This document shows positions 61,297 to 64,000 of a stretch of DNA of 64,000 bases, one piece after another (positions within the stretch are counted from its first letter, which is position 1; each line of letters begins with the position of its first letter). The notes beneath the pieces were generated by a model, which did not search any database, was not told the DNA's origin, and saw only the letters and a list, made by a program, of their open reading frames with translations. Source of the DNA: Cyclobacteriaceae bacterium (lineage in GTDB: Bacteria; Bacteroidota; Bacteroidia; Cytophagales; Cyclobacteriaceae); assembly GCA_026989535.1 (NCBI GenBank), contig JALSJD010000102.1, positions 2,868 through 66,867 on the forward strand, in the 5' to 3' direction. A program made the position numbers and the translations under genes.

Positions 61297-62175
61297 CTAG
61301 TACCCGAATCCTTTAATGGTCAGTTTTTTCTTTCGCCAATCATCGGCCACTTTTACATACGTTTCCAAATGAATTTTTTTATTAAAAAATATTTCCATAT
61401 CCTGCCTAGCAGCAATGCCTACTTTTTTTAAGGCTTCGCCTTTATGACCTATAATGATTCCTTTTTGGCTTTTGCGCTCAACGTAAATTAAGGCTCTAAT
61501 TCTAATTATTTTCTTATCCTCTTTAAATTCTTCAACGATTACCTGTGTGCTGTACGGCACTTCCTTTTTATAGTTTTGAAAAATTTTTTCACGTACAATT
61601 TCTTCCACAAAAAACTTTTCGGGTTTATCGGTTATTTCATCTTTAGGAAAATACGCTTCGTGTTCAGGCAGCAATTCTAAAATGGTATCAAAAAGTACAT
61701 GTATATTTTCGCCTTTAAGTGCTGATACTTCAATGGTTTTGGCAGGTGTAAACACCTCGTGCCAATACGCAATCTTATCATAGGCTTGCGAACCTGTTGA
61801 TAAATCAATCTTGTTCATTATCATTATCACTGGTTGGCTAAGGCTCTTAAGTCTTTCTATAAACTCTTCATCGTGCTTTTCGTATAAATCAGTTACAAAA
61901 AGAATAATGTCTGCATCTTCTAACGAAGTGCTCACAAAACGCATCATTGCATTTTGTAGTTCGTACTGAGGCTTAATAATGCCAGGGGTATCAGAATAAA
62001 CCACTTGAAAATCTTCGCCACTCAAAATACCCATAATGCGGTGGCGGGTAGTTTGCGCTTTTGAGGTAATTATAGAAAGGCGTTCGCCTACCAGTTGGTT
62101 AATTAATGTTGATTTGCCTACATTGGGTTTACCAATGATACTTACAAACCCTGCTTTATGCTTTTTATCTGCCAT
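61297..62175 (-). CDS. era: GTPase Era
   Basis: GKPNVGKSTL, DTPG, NKID and a C-terminal KH domain. Confidence 0.95.
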   Translation of the reverse strand: MADKKHKAGFVSIIGKPNVGKSTLINQLVGERLSIITSKAQTTRHRIMGILSGEDFQVVYSDTPGIIKPQYELQNAMMRFVSTSLEDADIILFVTDLYEKHDEEFIERLKSLSQPVIMIMNKIDLSTGSQAYDKIAYWHEVFTPAKTIEVSALKGENIHVLFDTILELLPEHEAYFPKDEITDKPEKFFVEEIVREKIFQNYKKEVPYSTQVIVEEFKEDKKIIRIRALIYVERKSQKGIIIGHKGEALKKVGIAARQDMEIFFNKKIHLETYVKVADDWRKKKLTIKGFGY

Positions 62176-62191
62176 ACAAAATAATATGTGG

Positions 62192-62199
62192 CAAAGGTA
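62192..62199 (-). promoter_or_regulatory. Candidate -7 box (TACCTTTG on minus strand)
   Basis: 17 nt upstream of era ATG 62175. Confidence 0.4.
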
Positions 62200-62322
62200 T
62201 TTGTTTTTAATTTATGACCCTCTACTTTTGTACTCCCTTAGCAAAAGGCTAGGATTAAATAGTAAAACATATTTAAAATTTGGTGCGAGGCACGAGCCGT
62301 TCGAACGGGTTTTAAATAAATA

Positions 62323-62358
62323 ATATATCGCAGGGTGGAGTTATCGGGAGTAGCTCGT
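62323..62358 (+). pseudogene. Degenerate duplicate of the 5' half (plus 6 upstream nt) of tRNA-fMet
   Basis: ATATATCGCAGGGTGGAG..TAGCTCGT compared with ATATATCGCGGGGTGGAG..TAGCTCGT at 62411-62446. No anticodon arm or 3' half. Confidence 0.55.
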
Positions 62359-62416
62359 TTAGAAATGTATAATTTCTCTGAACATGAGACAGCGATACTA
62401 TTTTGTAAAAATATAT

Positions 62417-62489
<73 letters not shown>

Positions 62490-62634
62490 CTACAAAGGGT
62501 GTCGCATGCGATGCCCTTTTTTTATGGCTTTTTTTGTAGTTGATTTCTAATTTACAGCTACTTAGCGAGACGCTCAGACCAGTAAAAGATTGGTTTAGTG
62601 TTCTCTAATACATAAACGCAATAAATCAGAATAT

Positions 62635-62913
62635 TTATTTTGTGAGTAATTTCATTTGAATTATAAATTTAGGATCAATTGACTTTATTATATTTTGTGA
62701 TCCGTTAATAAAAGAAACAGTTGTATCATTAACCCAATTAATTTTTGCAACTAATTTACTTAATTCTGGATCTGAGCTTACCGTTCTAATAACATATTGA
62801 GGATACCCAATATTAGTTATTTGAATATATTTTTTAATAAGAGCCCTCCATTTGTTAAGATCTATTGAATTAATTATAGCTTTATTTTTTTTACGTTTTT
62901 GTCTTAATGTCAT
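62635..62913 (-). CDS. Hypothetical protein (92 aa, basic N-terminus)
   Basis: ORF only, in an AT-rich islet downstream of the tRNA; no motif recognised. Confidence 0.3.
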   Translation of the reverse strand: MTLRQKRKKNKAIINSIDLNKWRALIKKYIQITNIGYPQYVIRTVSSDPELSKLVAKINWVNDTTVSFINGSQNIIKSIDPKFIIQMKLLTK

Positions 62914-62942
62914 AGCTTAACTGGTTTATTATGGATTGAGAT

Positions 62943-63179
62943 TTATATTAGCCATTTAGTTACAATACTTAGTAATACAGCATAGGCCTCATCACTACCT
63001 AATTCTCCTGCTTTTGAAAATGACTGACATGCTGCATCCTTCTTATTTTGTTTAATATACACTAAACCAATGTTAACGTATGCACTCTGCACATATATTC
63101 CATCTTTAAATAAACTTTCTGTATAAAGTGCATTATAAAAGTCTTTTAAACTCTTTTCAAAATCATTTAATTCAAGCAT
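62943..63179 (-). pseudogene. Fragment of a TPR/Sel1-like repeat protein
   Basis: The 78-aa ORF has ..NIGLVYIKQNKKDAACQSFSKAGELGSDEAY... Further TPR-like text (YQGLGVYSKK) lies upstream in another frame (about 63240-63290), which suggests decay. Confidence 0.4.
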
Positions 63180-63450
63180 ACATAGTCCTCTTAAATTATA
63201 TGAGGATTTTTAATGATGATTCATCATTAAAAAACATATAACTCTATCCAAAATAGATTTGATTACTTTTTGGAATACACACCAAGACCCTGATAACTTA
63301 ATCATCTAAAATCCAAGTTTGAGCCTCCGTCATCTGGTGGGTAACTTGGGAGGGTTAAATAAATTCGGAATACGACTTAGAGTTGTGGCCTCGAATGGCT
63401 TATAAGTTAGATTCAGAGTCCCTTGCAGAATACTCTGAGTGCGAATATTA

Positions 63451-63684
63451 TCATTTTAACAATATGAATTGAATTATTCTATTAGTCTGAATATAAGTCT
63501 TATTGATATGATTTTCGTCTTGATTTTCAGTCCAAATCAACTTTTCAACTCCATCTCCTAATACTATACCTTTTACATATCCTGTATAAATAGTATCTTG
63601 ACCAGTTATGATTTTAACATTCAATTTTTTCTCGTACGATTCAAAAAATTTGTCAATAAGTTCAGATCTAGAAATTTGTTTCAT
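63451..63684 (-). CDS. Hypothetical protein (77 aa)
   Basis: ORF only; no motif recognised. Confidence 0.3.
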   Translation of the reverse strand: MKQISRSELIDKFFESYEKKLNVKIITGQDTIYTGYVKGIVLGDGVEKLIWTENQDENHINKTYIQTNRIIQFILLK

Positions 63685-63817
63685 CTTCTTTTAATTTTTA
63701 CGATCAGAGGATAAGATAATTCAACAACATGTCAACAAAAATACACTCAAAACCTCACAAATCCGTCACAAATAAACCTAATCTATTTTCTATATCGAAT
63801 AATATCGGTCCCCAACT

Positions 63818-63849
63818 GGCGCAAGTTTAGCGATAGCGTAACTTGTGCC
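63818..63849. repeat. REP-like hairpin immediately downstream of the transposase gene
   Basis: GGCGCAAGTT-12 nt-AACTTGTGCC, a 10-bp stem with one G-T pair. Confidence 0.45.
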
Positions 63850-63902
63850 TTTAATGCCTTTAAGGGTTTACAACCCGTTATATTTTTCACTCTTTACCAC
63901 TA

Positions 63903-64000
63903 TTACTCTATAAATTTAATAGTTAGCAAACCTTTTATTCCTGCATAATCTCTTGCACTGCTGTATAAATAATGTGCTGGTTCTTCTACAATTCCTGCTT
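63903..64000 (-). CDS. C-terminal end of an IS200/IS605-type Y1 (RAYT-like) transposase; 5' part outside the window
   Basis: The minus-strand frame reads ..AGIVEEPAHYLYSSARDYAGIKGLLTIKFIE-stop. The xxYxYSSARxYxG tail is, from memory, typical of REP-associated tyrosine transposase-like proteins in Bacteroidota. Only 32 codons are visible. Confidence 0.5.
   Translation of the reverse strand, partial: AGIVEEPAHYLYSSARDYAGIKGLLTIKFIE

Overview
AT-rich chromosomal window, probably from a member of the Bacteroidota. That placement is an inference from TAnnTTTG-type -7 boxes in front of many genes, a short roughly 287-aa sigma-70, secY-map-infA gene order without adk, and a tmRNA tag GESNYAMAA. Most of the window is core housekeeping DNA. 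Positions 17.1-35.1 kb on the minus strand carry the complete str/S10/spc/alpha ribosomal-protein supercluster, from rpsL-rpsG-fusA-rpsJ through rpoA-rplQ. I translated rpmJ and rpmD by hand because the ORF track omits them. Flanking genes are carA-eno, an FtsB-like gene, mreBCD-mrdA-rodA, purH/purN, der, era, rpoD, tmRNA (ssrA), dnaX, an initiator tRNA-Met, and assorted metabolic genes. At the left edge there is a partial SF1 helicase of more than 1050 codons that is absent from the ORF track. At the right edge there is the C-terminal end of an IS200/RAYT-like transposase gene. I did not find a convincing complete multi-gene novel system. The most interesting signals are: (1) dnaX is interrupted exactly at a canonical A AAA AAG slippery heptamer with a GGAGG 10 nt upstream. 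The 0-frame stops immediately, and the -1 frame stays open for 190 codons to a tau-like C-terminus. (2) There are several families of structured intergenic repeats. One is a MITE with 17-nt terminal inverted repeats (TIRs) and perfect 6-bp target-site duplications (TSDs). Another is a roughly 960-bp repeat-filled spacer between eno and ftsB. (3) There are att-like partial duplications of the tmRNA 3' end and of the tRNA-fMet 5' half, next to decayed genes and an AT-rich orphan-gene islet. All functional calls rest on motif recognition in my own reading of the translations; no database search was possible.
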